Of a stretch of DNA of 64,000 bases, positions 10,689 through 21,039 are shown in pieces; the first letter of the stretch is position 1; every line of letters starts with the position of its first letter. The notes under the pieces are model-generated. The model had not been told where the DNA came from, made no database searches, and saw nothing but the letters and a program-made list of their open reading frames with translations. Origin of the DNA: Gammaproteobacteria bacterium (GTDB taxonomy: Bacteria; Pseudomonadota; Gammaproteobacteria; Eutrophobiales; Eutrophobiaceae); assembly GCA_965116495.1 (NCBI GenBank), contig OZ220696.1, forward strand, positions 2,880,001 through 2,944,000, in the 5' to 3' direction. The translations under genes and the position numbers were made by a program.

Positions 10689-11993
10689 TCAGTCGGACGG
10701 GAACGGTCCCCAGGCAGGCTCCCTGACCTCGCCGTCCTGCAGGGCCAGCCGCTGGTGCACGCTCCCATCGGCGGAGACCGCTGCGAGCTCGGAGCCGAGC
10801 CGGCCATTGGTAGCGTAGATGATCATGCTGCCGTTAGGCGAAAAACTGGGAGATTCGTCCAGCCGGTTGTTTGTCAGGATACTCATATAACCGTTGTCAA
10901 GGTCGAGATAGCCAATCCGGAAATTGCCGTTATTCCCGTGCACCATGGTGATGCCGGTACCGTCCGGAGAATAACGCGGCCGTGCGAAATAAGGTCCCTC
11001 GAAAGTAAGCCGCGTCGGTGTGCCGCCCTGCAGGCTGACCTCGTAAATCTGCGGTGTGCCGCCCCGGTCGGAAGTAAAAATAAGCCTGCTGCCGTCAGGC
11101 GACCAGTTCGGCTCCGTATCAATGGCGCGGTTATGGGTTATGCGCTGTAACGAATCAGTGGAAAGGTGCAGCACATAGATTTCCGTATTGCCATCCTTGG
11201 ACAATGTCAGCGCCAGTCTTCCGCCGTCAGGGGAAAACGCCGGCGCGCTGTTGATGCCTCTGTGAGAGGCAACCTCATTTCTCTCTCCGGTACGGATATT
11301 CTGCACGAATACCGATGAGTTGTTCCCTTCGAAAGACACGTAGGCGAGGTGTTGTCCGTCCGGCGACCAGGCCGGTGACATCAGGGCCTGATCAGATTCA
11401 AGCAGCAATTGCGGGTTAAAGCCGTCGGCATCAGCGATTAGCAGGTTATGACGGTCCCTGCCTGCCGCATCCTGCTTGACCGTAACGTAGGCAATGCGCG
11501 TATCGAATGCGCCGCGCACGCCCGTCAGTTTTTCGAATATGATGTCGCTGATCCGGTGCGCGGTACGACGCAGTTGTTTGCGCGCAGCCTTGATATGGAA
11601 GCCTGTGAGCTGAGCACCCTTATAGACGTCAAGCAACCTGAATTCAATCTCATAGTCACCCTCCACAGCCTGTTTCAGGTTGCCGATGACAATGTTCTCC
11701 ATGCGCAATATTTGCCAGTCCCTGAAATTGACATGCCCGAATTCCACCGGCCGCTGCGGCATGTCATCCTCGTTCATGGTGGCGAAACGTCCGCTTCTTG
11801 CCAGGTTGTTGGCAATGGTCATATGCAGATCAATCGGCTGCTCACCAGGGACGCCGTTCCATCCGAATGGAACAATAGCGACGGGTAGTGCACTTTCAAC
11901 ACCTCTATCGATAATAATCTCCAGTTCGCCCTGGGCACGGACCTGGGGCATGACCAGCACCAAAACCAGCAACAAGCGGATTATGCATTTCAC
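10689..11993 (-). CDS. tolB: Tol-Pal beta-propeller protein
   Basis: SPAWSPDG-type repeats, GAFDTRIAYV. Confidence 0.97.
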   Translation of the reverse strand: MKCIIRLLLVLVLVMPQVRAQGELEIIIDRGVESALPVAIVPFGWNGVPGEQPIDLHMTIANNLARSGRFATMNEDDMPQRPVEFGHVNFRDWQILRMENIVIGNLKQAVEGDYEIEFRLLDVYKGAQLTGFHIKAARKQLRRTAHRISDIIFEKLTGVRGAFDTRIAYVTVKQDAAGRDRHNLLIADADGFNPQLLLESDQALMSPAWSPDGQHLAYVSFEGNNSSVFVQNIRTGERNEVASHRGINSAPAFSPDGGRLALTLSKDGNTEIYVLHLSTDSLQRITHNRAIDTEPNWSPDGSRLIFTSDRGGTPQIYEVSLQGGTPTRLTFEGPYFARPRYSPDGTGITMVHGNNGNFRIGYLDLDNGYMSILTNNRLDESPSFSPNGSMIIYATNGRLGSELAAVSADGSVHQRLALQDGEVREPAWGPFPSD

Positions 11994-11997
11994 GTCA

Positions 11998-12882
11998 TCA
12001 GTCCTCGGGTTTGAATATGAAATTGAATTTCCTGAGCCGCAGACGCTCGAATGTCGCCGGGTCCGCGGGCAGCGGCAACGGGGATGCCTTCTCGACCGCG
12101 GTGACGGCCCTCCGGTCGAATACTTCGTTGCCGCTTGATTTATTTACGGCCACGCTGATTACCTCACCGCCAGGCACAGTCTGTACCGATAATACGCATT
12201 CCAATCCTCTGGACAGGCCGGTTTTATTAAAATTGCCGGCGACCATCTGATATATCTCCGCAACAATATTCTGCAGGGTTATTTTATCCTGTGCCCGCTG
12301 TTCCTGTGCAAGCTGTTTACGCCGTGCCTCCTCGGCTGCTTTCTTTTTCTTTTCCTCTTCTTTCCTTTGCCGTTCGGCCTCAGCCTTGCGCTTCTCCGCT
12401 TCAATGCGTTCCTGCTCCATTCTCGCCCTGCGGTTCTCTTCCTCGATGCGTTTCAATTCCGCTTCTGCCCTGACCTTTTCCTGTTTGATACGTTCGCGCT
12501 CCGTCGCGGTCCTGCGTTCCTCCTCCTTGCGCTTTCGTTCCGCTTCGGACTTCCGTTTTTCCTCTTCCTTGCGTTTTCGCTCGGCTGCCAGTTTCCTTTT
12601 CTCTTCCTCTTTACGTTTTTTCTCCACCGCACTGGCCTGCTGTTCAAGGTCTTCCAGCTTTTTCTCCATGGCACGCTGTTTTTCCAGTTCCTGCTCCCTG
12701 AGCCGCTGCAACTCTTCTTCAACGGCTTTCTCATCCACAGTGACCGCCTCGACTATGTTTTCCTGGGGCCGCGGTTTGAATACCGGCTGCCGCTCGGCAT
12801 CGAAATTAACGACCAGCGCCGTGATAACGACCACATGCAGTGCCAGTGAATAGACAAACGCTCTCAGGGTCAGAAAAGGCAT
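11998..12882 (-). CDS. tolA: Cell envelope integrity protein TolA
   Basis: TM helix with SLALH, E/K/R-rich helix, C-terminal SSGNEVFDR..ASPLPLP. Confidence 0.93.
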   Translation of the reverse strand: MPFLTLRAFVYSLALHVVVITALVVNFDAERQPVFKPRPQENIVEAVTVDEKAVEEELQRLREQELEKQRAMEKKLEDLEQQASAVEKKRKEEEKRKLAAERKRKEEEKRKSEAERKRKEEERRTATERERIKQEKVRAEAELKRIEEENRRARMEQERIEAEKRKAEAERQRKEEEKKKKAAEEARRKQLAQEQRAQDKITLQNIVAEIYQMVAGNFNKTGLSRGLECVLSVQTVPGGEVISVAVNKSSGNEVFDRRAVTAVEKASPLPLPADPATFERLRLRKFNFIFKPED

Positions 12883-12888
12883 GGCGCA

Positions 12889-13311
12889 TCACCGTTCCGG
12901 CGGCTCAGTGATCAAGCCGATACCTTTCACTCCGGCGCCCTGCAGCAGGGCCATGGCCTGCACGACCCGTCCGTAGTTGACGCCGGCGTCCCCTTTTACC
13001 AGCACCGGAAGTTTGGGGCGATACTTGACCAGTGCGCCAACCCGGTTGACCAGTACTTCAGGAGAAACCGGCTGGTCCGGGTCCTCCCCGTAGTTGATAA
13101 AAAAATTCCCTGCCGCATCCACACTGACGATCACAGGGTCGTTATCAGTAGCCGGCAGTGGTTCAGAAGGCACCTGCGGCAGGTCGATTTTTACTCCCTG
13201 GCTGAGCAGCGGCGCGGTAATCATGAATATGATCAACAATACCAGCATGACGTCGATATAGGGAACGACGTTAATCTCCGACATGGGGCGCTTTCGGTTC
13301 CGGTGTCGCAT
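12889..13311 (-). CDS. tolR: TolR
   Basis: EINVVPYIDVMLVLLIIFMITAP. Confidence 0.97.
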   Translation of the reverse strand: MRHRNRKRPMSEINVVPYIDVMLVLLIIFMITAPLLSQGVKIDLPQVPSEPLPATDNDPVIVSVDAAGNFFINYGEDPDQPVSPEVLVNRVGALVKYRPKLPVLVKGDAGVNYGRVVQAMALLQGAGVKGIGLITEPPER

Positions 13312-13321
13312 GGGGGCGGCC

Positions 13322-13996
13322 TCAGCCGTGTGCCTGCCGGTGCAGGATGGCAGAAAATTCTTCGATGAACGTATCGTAGCGATTGATCAGCCGTTCCACG
13401 TCGTTGGAAAACCGATTATAGGCAATCACCGCGGGGATGGCGGCAAACAACCCCATCGCCGTGGCAACGAGGGCCTCCGCAATGCCTGGCGCGACCATTG
13501 AAATGGACGCCTGCTGGACGTTCCCCAATGCGCGGAAGCTGTTCATGATACCCCATACCGTACCGAACAAGCCGACATACGGGCTGGTGGAACCCACCGT
13601 GGCAAGGAACGACAGGTGTACCTCCAGTTCCTCAAGCTCCCTGTTAAACGCCACGCGCATGGCCCGTTGCGATCCCTCCATGACTGCCTCAGCCTCGACG
13701 CTGCCCTGCTTCTGCAAACGGACGAATTCCCTGAACCCGGCCTCAAACAGGAGTTCCATGCCGCTTGCCTCGTTACGTTGTTTGTTGATCCGGTTATACA
13801 GGGGCGTCAACTCTTCCAGTGACCAGAAGCGTTCCTCGAACAAATCGGCTTCATGCTTGGCGCGGTTCAGCCAGATGCGCTTCTTGAATATCATCGTCCA
13901 GGACATGACGGAAGCAACAACCAGCATAATCATGACCGCCTGTACCGGTATACTGGCATTGGTGATCAAGTGAAAAAATGACATGTCAGGAGTCAT
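13322..13996 (-). CDS. tolQ: TolQ
   Basis: FLATVGSTSPYVGLFGTVWGIM; start chosen at MTPDMS. Confidence 0.97.
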   Translation of the reverse strand: MTPDMSFFHLITNASIPVQAVMIMLVVASVMSWTMIFKKRIWLNRAKHEADLFEERFWSLEELTPLYNRINKQRNEASGMELLFEAGFREFVRLQKQGSVEAEAVMEGSQRAMRVAFNRELEELEVHLSFLATVGSTSPYVGLFGTVWGIMNSFRALGNVQQASISMVAPGIAEALVATAMGLFAAIPAVIAYNRFSNDVERLINRYDTFIEEFSAILHRQAHG

Positions 13997-14390
13997 GGGC
14001 AAAATCCGCAAGTAGTGAAGTTGGCATGCGTTTTGGTTTGTAACGGTCGGCGCTGAGGCAGGCGATAGCGATATCGGCCTCACACAGTTGTTCCTCATCC
14101 CGGCAGATAGTCTGGTGAAACACCAGGCTGGCGCGGGAGGTTTTGCCGGGTGCTGCCGTCACTGTCAATTCATCGTCAAACACGGCAGGTCTCCTGAAGT
14201 TGATGTCAATCCGGTTGACGACGAACAAGATACCCTGCTCAGCGCGTAATTGTGTCTGGTTATAGCCCACGGCGCGCAGGTATTCAGTCCTTGCGCGCTC
14301 CATGTACTTCAGGTAGCTGGTGTGGTAAACAATGCCGCCAGCATCGGTATCTTCATAATATACGCGTACAAGCCACTTGAATTCTTTCAT
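13986..14390 (-). CDS. ybgC: Tol-Pal-associated acyl-CoA thioesterase
   Basis: RVYYEDTDAGGIVYH..YLKYMERARTE. Confidence 0.95.
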   Translation of the reverse strand: MKEFKWLVRVYYEDTDAGGIVYHTSYLKYMERARTEYLRAVGYNQTQLRAEQGILFVVNRIDINFRRPAVFDDELTVTAAPGKTSRASLVFHQTICRDEEQLCEADIAIACLSADRYKPKRMPTSLLADFAHDS

Positions 14391-14423
14391 CTCAAGAGAT
14401 CCGGTTGTTTTTTTCCGGCAAGG

Positions 14424-15476
14424 TTATCCGTCCGCGCCGGATTGATCAAATAAATCCGTCTCCAGTGCGTGCTGTTTCGGCATAGGCAGGCCGAAGTATG
14501 CCCAGGCCTGTTTCGTCGCCACCCGGCCCCGGGCAGTGCGCATCATGAAACCCTGCTGAATCAGGTACGGTTCGATTACGTCTTCTATCGTGTCTTTTAC
14601 TTCGCCCAGCGCCGCGGCAATACTGTCAATCCCTACGGGGCCGCCGTCAAATTTCTGCATGATGGCAAGCAGCAATTTGCGGTCCATCATATCGAACCCG
14701 GAACCGTCCACGTTCAGCATGTCCAATGCGCGGGAGGCGGTGGCTTCACTGATGTTGCCGTCCCCCTTGACCTCGCTGTAGTCACGCACGCGACGCAGCA
14801 ACCGGTTGGCGATGCGCGGGGTGCCGCGGGCGCGGGCGGCGATCTCGCGGGCGCCGGCAGCAGCAATCGGCACTTCCAGGATATTCGCCGAACGCATGAC
14901 TATATCGGCCAGGTCCGCGCTGGAATAAAACTCCAGACGTTGCACGATGCCGAACCGGTCCCGCAGCGGTGAAGTCAGCAGGCCGGCCCGGGTCGTGGCG
15001 CCGACCAGGGTAAACTGGGGGACATCCAGCTTGATGGCCCGCGCCGCGGGTCCTTCACCGATCATGATGTCGATCTGGTAATCCTCCATTGCCGGGTACA
15101 GGATCTCTTCCACTACCGGGCTCAGCCGATGTATCTCATCGATGAACAACACATCCCTGGGTTCCAGGTTGGTCAGCAAGGCAGCCAGGTCGCCGGGGCG
15201 TTCCAGTACCGGGCCCGAGGTTTGTCTCAGGTTCACCCCCATTTCATTGGCGATAATATGCGCCAGGGTCGTTTTGCCGAGGCCGGGCGGGCCGAAAATC
15301 AGGACGTGGTCCAGTGCCTCGGATCGTTGCCTGGCGGCACTGACGAAAATTTCCATCTGCTCCTGCACGACAGGCTGGCCCCGGTAATCATTCAGGGAGC
15401 GCGGCCTCAGGGTGTTTTCCATCGCCGCCTCATCCGCCGAACTGCGGGCGGAGATAACCGGATTGGGTTCGCTCAT
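14424..15476 (-). CDS. ruvB: Holliday junction branch migration helicase
   Basis: [35 protein letters not shown]. Confidence 0.98.
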   Translation of the reverse strand: MSEPNPVISARSSADEAAMENTLRPRSLNDYRGQPVVQEQMEIFVSAARQRSEALDHVLIFGPPGLGKTTLAHIIANEMGVNLRQTSGPVLERPGDLAALLTNLEPRDVLFIDEIHRLSPVVEEILYPAMEDYQIDIMIGEGPAARAIKLDVPQFTLVGATTRAGLLTSPLRDRFGIVQRLEFYSSADLADIVMRSANILEVPIAAAGAREIAARARGTPRIANRLLRRVRDYSEVKGDGNISEATASRALDMLNVDGSGFDMMDRKLLLAIMQKFDGGPVGIDSIAAALGEVKDTIEDVIEPYLIQQGFMMRTARGRVATKQAWAYFGLPMPKQHALETDLFDQSGADG

Positions 15477-15494
15477 ATCAGTCCGCCGGTCCTG

Positions 15495-16097
15495 TTACGC
15501 CAGTGCAGCCTTCAAGGCGGCGCGGATCAGGTCTTCGCTGTCCATGTCATCAGCAGCCGCGCCGTGTACGAGGCGGCTGGCCTCCTGGGGCCTGTAGCCC
15601 AGGGATATCAGGGCGTTTATTGCCTCGTTGACCGGTTCTGCACTCCCGGCATGCGGCGCAGAGCTGTCCGGCCCGGCCTGGTTTCCAACCTGCAAGCCAT
15701 CCAGACGGTCGCGCATCTCAACGATGAGACGCTGGGCCGTTTTTGTCCCTACACCCGGCACGCGGGTAAGACGCGTGGTATCGCCCGTTTCTATGCAGTG
15801 CCTGAATTCCAGCGAACTGATTCCCGACAATATGCCCAGCGCCATTTTTGCGCCGACCCCGTTAACCCGGATCAACGCGCGAAATACGTAGCGCTCATCC
15901 TCACTACCGAAACCGTACAGCGTGTGGGCATCTTCACGCACCACCAGGTGGGTCAGGAGTTCGACTTCCTCCCCCGCGCCCGGCAACTGGTAGAAGGTGT
16001 TCATGGACGCCTCCAGTTCGTAGCCCACGCCGTGTACGTCCAGGGTCAATCCCGGCGCTTGTTTTTTTACTATCCTGCCGCGCAAAAAACCGATCAC
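15495..16097 (-). CDS. ruvA: Holliday junction DNA-binding subunit
   Basis: MIGFLRG..VHGVGYE, HLVVRED, PGVGTKTAQR. Confidence 0.97.
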   Translation of the reverse strand: MIGFLRGRIVKKQAPGLTLDVHGVGYELEASMNTFYQLPGAGEEVELLTHLVVREDAHTLYGFGSEDERYVFRALIRVNGVGAKMALGILSGISSLEFRHCIETGDTTRLTRVPGVGTKTAQRLIVEMRDRLDGLQVGNQAGPDSSAPHAGSAEPVNEAINALISLGYRPQEASRLVHGAAADDMDSEDLIRAALKAALA

Positions 16098-16651
16098 GGG
16101 GCGTGTCCCTTACGTATCCCGCAAATTTCCTTCCGGCGCAGCAATCCCTCGCGCGAATGGCCGTGGCACAAGGCAACCCCAAGGGCGTCCGCGGCATCCG
16201 CCTGGGGCACGCCGGCCAGGCACAACAACACCTTGATCATGTATTGTACCTGTGACTTTTGCGCATGGCCCTTGCCGACAACGGCCTGTTTTACCTGGTT
16301 TGCAGTATATTCAAACACTGCCAGGTCCCGCTCTGCACAAGCGGTCACGGCGGCTCCCTTGGATTGCCCAAGTTTCAATGCGGAATCGGCGTTGCGGTAC
16401 ATGAATACTTTTTCCACGGCGCATTCATCCGGCCGGTACTCGCTGATCACTGCACTCAGCCCGCGGAAAATCTGGCGCAGTTTATCGGACAACTGCGCGC
16501 CCTGGGTCGTAATGTGGCCGTGGGCGACATGGACCGCGCGGTTGCCGTCCATATCGATCACACCGTAACCCGTATGCTGGGACCCCGGGTCAATCCCGAG
16601 AATTCGAATGCCCCGCTTGCGACCTGCGTCGTTGTTATCCGGATTAGTCAC
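16094..16651 (-). CDS. ruvC: Holliday junction resolvase
   Basis: ILGIDPGSQHTGYG, DAADAL. Confidence 0.97.
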   Translation of the reverse strand: MTNPDNNDAGRKRGIRILGIDPGSQHTGYGVIDMDGNRAVHVAHGHITTQGAQLSDKLRQIFRGLSAVISEYRPDECAVEKVFMYRNADSALKLGQSKGAAVTACAERDLAVFEYTANQVKQAVVGKGHAQKSQVQYMIKVLLCLAGVPQADAADALGVALCHGHSREGLLRRKEICGIRKGHAP

Positions 16652-16701
16652 GATCGATGATCGGTTTCCTACGCTCGATGGTTCGTTTTCCGCTCACGGC
16701 A

Positions 16702-17448
16702 TTAATCGAGTTGCGCCAGGATTTCATCGGGGATCTCCGCATTGGAATACACCTTTTGCACATCGTTCAGGTCTTCCAGGGTATCCAGCAGGCGTATCAT
16801 GGTCTGTGCACCCTGCAGGTCCAGCGTATTACCGGTTGCGGCTCGCATCGTAACCTCCGCCACTTCGGGCGGGTAGCCGGCTCCAACCAACCCGCCTTTT
16901 ACATCGAGGAAGTCGTCCGGCGTCGTTAATACGTCAATGGAACCGTCATCATTGCCGGCAACGTCGTCGGCGCCGGTTTCCAGCGCGGCTTCCAGCAACG
17001 CGTCCTCGTTGGTCCCGGGCGGGTAGGAGAGCAGGCCGATCTTGGAAAACAGGTACGCGACCGAACCGTCGGTTCCCAGGTTGCCGCCGCACTTGGCAAA
17101 CACATGACGCACCTCCGCAACGGTGCGGTTGCGGTTGTCGGTCATGCAGTCGACCATTACGGCAACGCCGCCCGGGCCGTAACCTTCGTAACGTACTTCC
17201 TCCAGGCTGTCGCCCTCAGCGCCGCCCGCGCCACGCTTTACAGCCCGTTCAATGGTGTCCTTGGGCATGTTGCCCGCCAGGGCATTGTCTATGGCTGCGC
17301 GCAGTCTGGGGTTCCCGTCTGGATCGCCGCCGCCGAGTCTGGCCGACACCGTGATTTCGCGGATCAGTTTGCTGAATAATTTACCCCGTTTTGCATCCTG
17401 GCGTCCCTTGCGGTGCTGGATGTTTGCCCACTTGCTGTGTCCGGCCAT
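16702..17448 (-). CDS. yebC: YebC/PmpR family protein
   Basis: [22 protein letters not shown]. Confidence 0.96.
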   Translation of the reverse strand: MAGHSKWANIQHRKGRQDAKRGKLFSKLIREITVSARLGGGDPDGNPRLRAAIDNALAGNMPKDTIERAVKRGAGGAEGDSLEEVRYEGYGPGGVAVMVDCMTDNRNRTVAEVRHVFAKCGGNLGTDGSVAYLFSKIGLLSYPPGTNEDALLEAALETGADDVAGNDDGSIDVLTTPDDFLDVKGGLVGAGYPPEVAEVTMRAATGNTLDLQGAQTMIRLLDTLEDLNDVQKVYSNAEIPDEILAQLD

Positions 17449-17578
17449 GCCTCTTTATCCTGTATTCTGTTCCCTGAAATTTTACCACTTGCTTTGTACA
17501 CAACAAAGTTAATCCTCAGGTGATACAAACCAGCGCAGCTAAATATAGTGAAAATACGTTGAATTCTTTCCTGACCTG

Positions 17579-18652
17579 TCAGGCGTCACTGTTTCCGTAA
17601 ATAACCTGTTTACGTTGCGCAGCAAAATTCAGCAGGCGCCCGATGGGGATGCAGGCGCGTTCGATGATGTTCTCATCGACAACAATCTCATTAGCGCCCG
17701 ATCTGAGCGTTGCCAGCAGTTTTGTCAGGCTGTTCATGGCCATCCACGGGCAATGTCCGCAGCTTTTACAGGTGGCGCCCCGGCCGGCCGTAGGCGCCTC
17801 GATGAACGTCTTATCCGGGGCGGCCTGCTGCATCTTGTAAAATATACCCCGATCGGTCGCTACGATGAACGTATCCGAATCCAACTCCCTGGACGCGTTG
17901 ATTATCCCCGTGGTGGAGCTGACCACGTCGGCCTGCGCAATAACCGGGGCCGGCGACTCCGGGTGTACCAGTACCTTGGCGCGGGGGTGTTGCAGCTTCA
18001 ATTCCGCCAGTTCCCGGCCCTTGAATTCCTCATGGACGATGCAACTGCCCTGCCACAATACCATGTCGGCCCCGGATTGAGCCTGAACGTATTCACCCAG
18101 GTACTTGTCCGGCGCCCAGATGATTTTCTCCCCTTTCTCCGCCAGGTGTCTGACCACGTCCACCGCGCTGCCGGAGGTGACCATCCAGTCGGCGCGGGCC
18201 TTGACCGCGGCGCTGGTGTTGGCATAGACCACGACAGTGTGGTCGGGATAGGAATCACAAAAAGCGCTGAACGCATCAATGGGGCAACCCAGGTCCAGGG
18301 AACAATCCGCGTGCAGGTCCGGCACCAGTACCCGCTTTTCCGGGTTCAGGATCTTCGCGGTTTCGCCCATGAAGCGCACACCGCAAACGACCAGGGTATC
18401 CGCATCGGCTTCGTGGCCGAAGCGCGCCATGTCCAGAGAATCGGATACATGGCCGCCGGTTTCATCTGCCAGCAACTGCAAATCCGGATCGGTGTAGTAA
18501 TGGGCAACCAGCACGGCATTCCGTTCCGCCAGCAACCGTTTAATCTGCTGAATGCACTCGTCCCGTTCATCCCGGCTGAGTGTTTCAACCAGAGTTTCCG
18601 GCACCTGCTCAGGCGGTAATCGATAATCCTGGGTAGTGATGACAGTATGCAT
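17579..18652 (-). CDS. nadA: Quinolinate synthase
   Basis: [40 protein letters not shown]. Confidence 0.97.
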   Translation of the reverse strand: MHTVITTQDYRLPPEQVPETLVETLSRDERDECIQQIKRLLAERNAVLVAHYYTDPDLQLLADETGGHVSDSLDMARFGHEADADTLVVCGVRFMGETAKILNPEKRVLVPDLHADCSLDLGCPIDAFSAFCDSYPDHTVVVYANTSAAVKARADWMVTSGSAVDVVRHLAEKGEKIIWAPDKYLGEYVQAQSGADMVLWQGSCIVHEEFKGRELAELKLQHPRAKVLVHPESPAPVIAQADVVSSTTGIINASRELDSDTFIVATDRGIFYKMQQAAPDKTFIEAPTAGRGATCKSCGHCPWMAMNSLTKLLATLRSGANEIVVDENIIERACIPIGRLLNFAAQRKQVIYGNSDA

Positions 18653-18768
18653 ATCCTCGGAACCTCGGCCCCCTGGTGGCAGCGCGTCATGCAGCAGTCA
18701 TGACGCAATCGAAGGCGAGTGTGTTAATAACAGTAAAATCCTAGTGCATCAATTACCTTTAATCAAGA

Positions 18769-18897
18769 CAATTTGGGACAGCCATAAATTTGGATTTTAT
18801 GGGTGTCCTGAATTGCCCCTTTCGGGGTCAGAGTAAAAATGTGAGACACGTTGTCACGTGGTTCTGGTACATTGCCGACAATTTTTACTCTGACCCC
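18769..18897. repeat. Composite inverted-repeat element (GGGACAG hairpin plus GGGGTCAGAGTAAAAAT doublet)
   Basis: Imperfect 20-bp IR at 18769-18815; perfect 17-bp IR at 18824-18840 / 18881-18897 with 40-bp spacer. Confidence 0.85.
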
Positions 18898-20924
18898 AAA
18901 TTTCCCATGCCGCAATCGTTGGCCAGAAAATCCAGCAACGTCCGGTAGAACTCCAGATAGTGCCGGTAGCCCAGGGTGTCAACGGTGTGCGCGGCATCCA
19001 CCAGCTTCAGGTATTTATAGGGCTTGCCCCGTTTATCCAGTTCCCGGGCGAACAGGTCGCTGTGCTTGATGGGAACGATCAGGTCGCGGTCGCCGTGCAC
19101 CAGTAATACGGGCACGTTGACGGCATCCATGTTGCGCAGTGGCGATAACCCGCCGCGCCATTTCTGGATAACGTCCCGGAACCGGTAATGCCATGTATCC
19201 TTCTCAATCAAGTCCATGCTGCTCACCCCGGCTCCCGCGATCGCGCAACGGTAGATATTGGGATTGCGCATCGATCCCACCATCGCCGAATAGCCACCGT
19301 AACTCCAGCCGAAGATGGCCATCCTGTCCGGATCGGCAATGCCCTGTTCCACCAGGTAGCGCATGCCGTCATCCACGTCGTCCTGCATCTTGTAGCCCCA
19401 CTGTTTGTTGCCGGCGCTGTAATAGTCGAATCCGAAGCCCGTGGAACCGCGGAAGTTGGGCTGCAGCACGGCGTAACCGCGGGTCGCCAGCAATTGCGGC
19501 CACTCGTCCCAGAAGGATGAGTTCCAGTACAGCGAATCGCGGCTGCGCGGACCGCCGTGGGGATGTGCAACGGCCGGATACGGCGGCTCGCCGGTAGTGG
19601 GAAGCGTCAGCACCGCGTTGATCTTCATACCGTCGCGGGCCTCGTACCAGATGGATTTGCGTTCGCCCAGTTGTTCCGGTTCGATGGCGGATGCCTTGCC
19701 CAGGAGTTGGATACGGGATTTGTCCCACAGCAGGTAATAACGGCCCGGCTCCTTCGGCCCCATGGAATGGACGATGATGTATTTGTCCTGCGCCGCCCGG
19801 TCATGGATCCTGTTGAAGTTGCCCGGCGGCAGGGCCGCGTCGATGGACTGTTGCAGTGCCGCGGCGGACTCGTCGATATAATGAATGGTGTATGAGTCGC
19901 CCACGTACGAGAATCCCACCAGTTGCGGATCCTCATCACCGTCCACGCACTCCTGCGAGATACAGGCCCTGACAATGTCCCTGGCATCATAGCGGTTGAT
20001 CGCGAACAACAGTTCGGGGTCGGTCTGCGGGCGCTCCATATCGAACAGGTAAATACCTTCCGTGTCGCGATCTTTTGCCCACAATACATACGCCTGGTTG
20101 TAGTCCGGTGGTTCGAAGCCCAGTATTTCCACGTAACGGTCCTCGTCCACGTCCCAGGTCAACCAGTCGGTCCAAGCACTCCAGTCGCCGTCTTTTCCAG
20201 TCCGGATTTGCATGGTGATGGTGTTGTCGTGACGGTTGGCGCGGCTGCGCACTCGTGCGTTCCCGTCCTTGTCGAACTCGTAGCCGAAATAGTTTGCCGA
20301 GAACTTGAAGACCGGTTGCGGCTGACCGTTGTTGACGTTCACCTTGAACACCTCGGTGCCGCTCTCCTCGGAATTCAACCACTCGATCAACACCCATTCA
20401 TCCTCTGCGGGAAGGCGCGAAACCACCCTCGGGCTGAACAGGCGCTGCACATAGGTCTCGAATGCGAAGCGGGTGATGTTATTCTTGCTGGGCAGTTCCA
20501 CCCAGCGCCCACCGTCAACTCCCACGGAGAGCAGTTTCCAGGCATAGGTCTTTACCTTGCCGGCCGCGCCGATCCCCGCCCGATTGTAACCGATGCGCCG
20601 TCCCGGCACCTCCACCGGCTGGCGCGTGCGGATCAACAGGCGTTCGTCATTGGCCCAGTTCACCCCGACGATGTCCATGTGTTCCGCGCCCAGAGTGTAC
20701 GGCTCCTTATCCAGGCGCGCGGTCTCATAGATGTCCACCACGTAATTCTGTCTCGGGCCGGGCAGGCGCATGATCGCTAGGTGATCGCCGGAAGGGGACA
20801 GGTCAACGTCGCGCAGCAGGGGCCGCATGGCAAACTCTTCCAGAGTCGGCGGCTCGAGCGCGGCGCCGGTGGCCGCATAAAGTAGCAACGTCAGAACAAC
20901 AGAGGAGGCAACCCCGCGCATCAT
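18885..20924 (-). CDS. Exported S9 family (prolyl oligopeptidase/aminoacyl peptidase-like) serine peptidase
   Basis: Signal peptide, HGGP, QPNFRGSTGFG, GWSYGG nucleophile, HGDRD and AAH triad residues. Confidence 0.9.
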   Translation of the reverse strand: MMRGVASSVVLTLLLYAATGAALEPPTLEEFAMRPLLRDVDLSPSGDHLAIMRLPGPRQNYVVDIYETARLDKEPYTLGAEHMDIVGVNWANDERLLIRTRQPVEVPGRRIGYNRAGIGAAGKVKTYAWKLLSVGVDGGRWVELPSKNNITRFAFETYVQRLFSPRVVSRLPAEDEWVLIEWLNSEESGTEVFKVNVNNGQPQPVFKFSANYFGYEFDKDGNARVRSRANRHDNTITMQIRTGKDGDWSAWTDWLTWDVDEDRYVEILGFEPPDYNQAYVLWAKDRDTEGIYLFDMERPQTDPELLFAINRYDARDIVRACISQECVDGDEDPQLVGFSYVGDSYTIHYIDESAAALQQSIDAALPPGNFNRIHDRAAQDKYIIVHSMGPKEPGRYYLLWDKSRIQLLGKASAIEPEQLGERKSIWYEARDGMKINAVLTLPTTGEPPYPAVAHPHGGPRSRDSLYWNSSFWDEWPQLLATRGYAVLQPNFRGSTGFGFDYYSAGNKQWGYKMQDDVDDGMRYLVEQGIADPDRMAIFGWSYGGYSAMVGSMRNPNIYRCAIAGAGVSSMDLIEKDTWHYRFRDVIQKWRGGLSPLRNMDAVNVPVLLVHGDRDLIVPIKHSDLFARELDKRGKPYKYLKLVDAAHTVDTLGYRHYLEFYRTLLDFLANDCGMGNLGSE

Positions 20925-20975
20925 CACGCCTGACAACCGTAACCCTACATCTTCAGAACAGCGTTGGAGGTGAGA

Positions 20976-21027
20976 GGGGACAGATTTCAAGCATGCCCCC
21001 GCATGTTGTAGGCGGGGGCCTGTCCCC
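20976..21027. repeat. GGGGACAG...CTGTCCCC element with inner GC hairpin
   Basis: 8-bp terminal IR; inner GCCCCCGC/GCGGGGGC stem. Confidence 0.7.
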
Positions 21028-21039
21028 GATGTGCCGGGA

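Noticed and set aside
12300-12720. Low-complexity repeats and overlapping ORFs within tolA
   Set aside because: Explained by the charged helical domain of TolA
15129-16568. 479-aa plus-strand ORF
   Set aside because: Antisense shadow of ruvB/ruvA/ruvC in GC-rich DNA; no recognisable motifs
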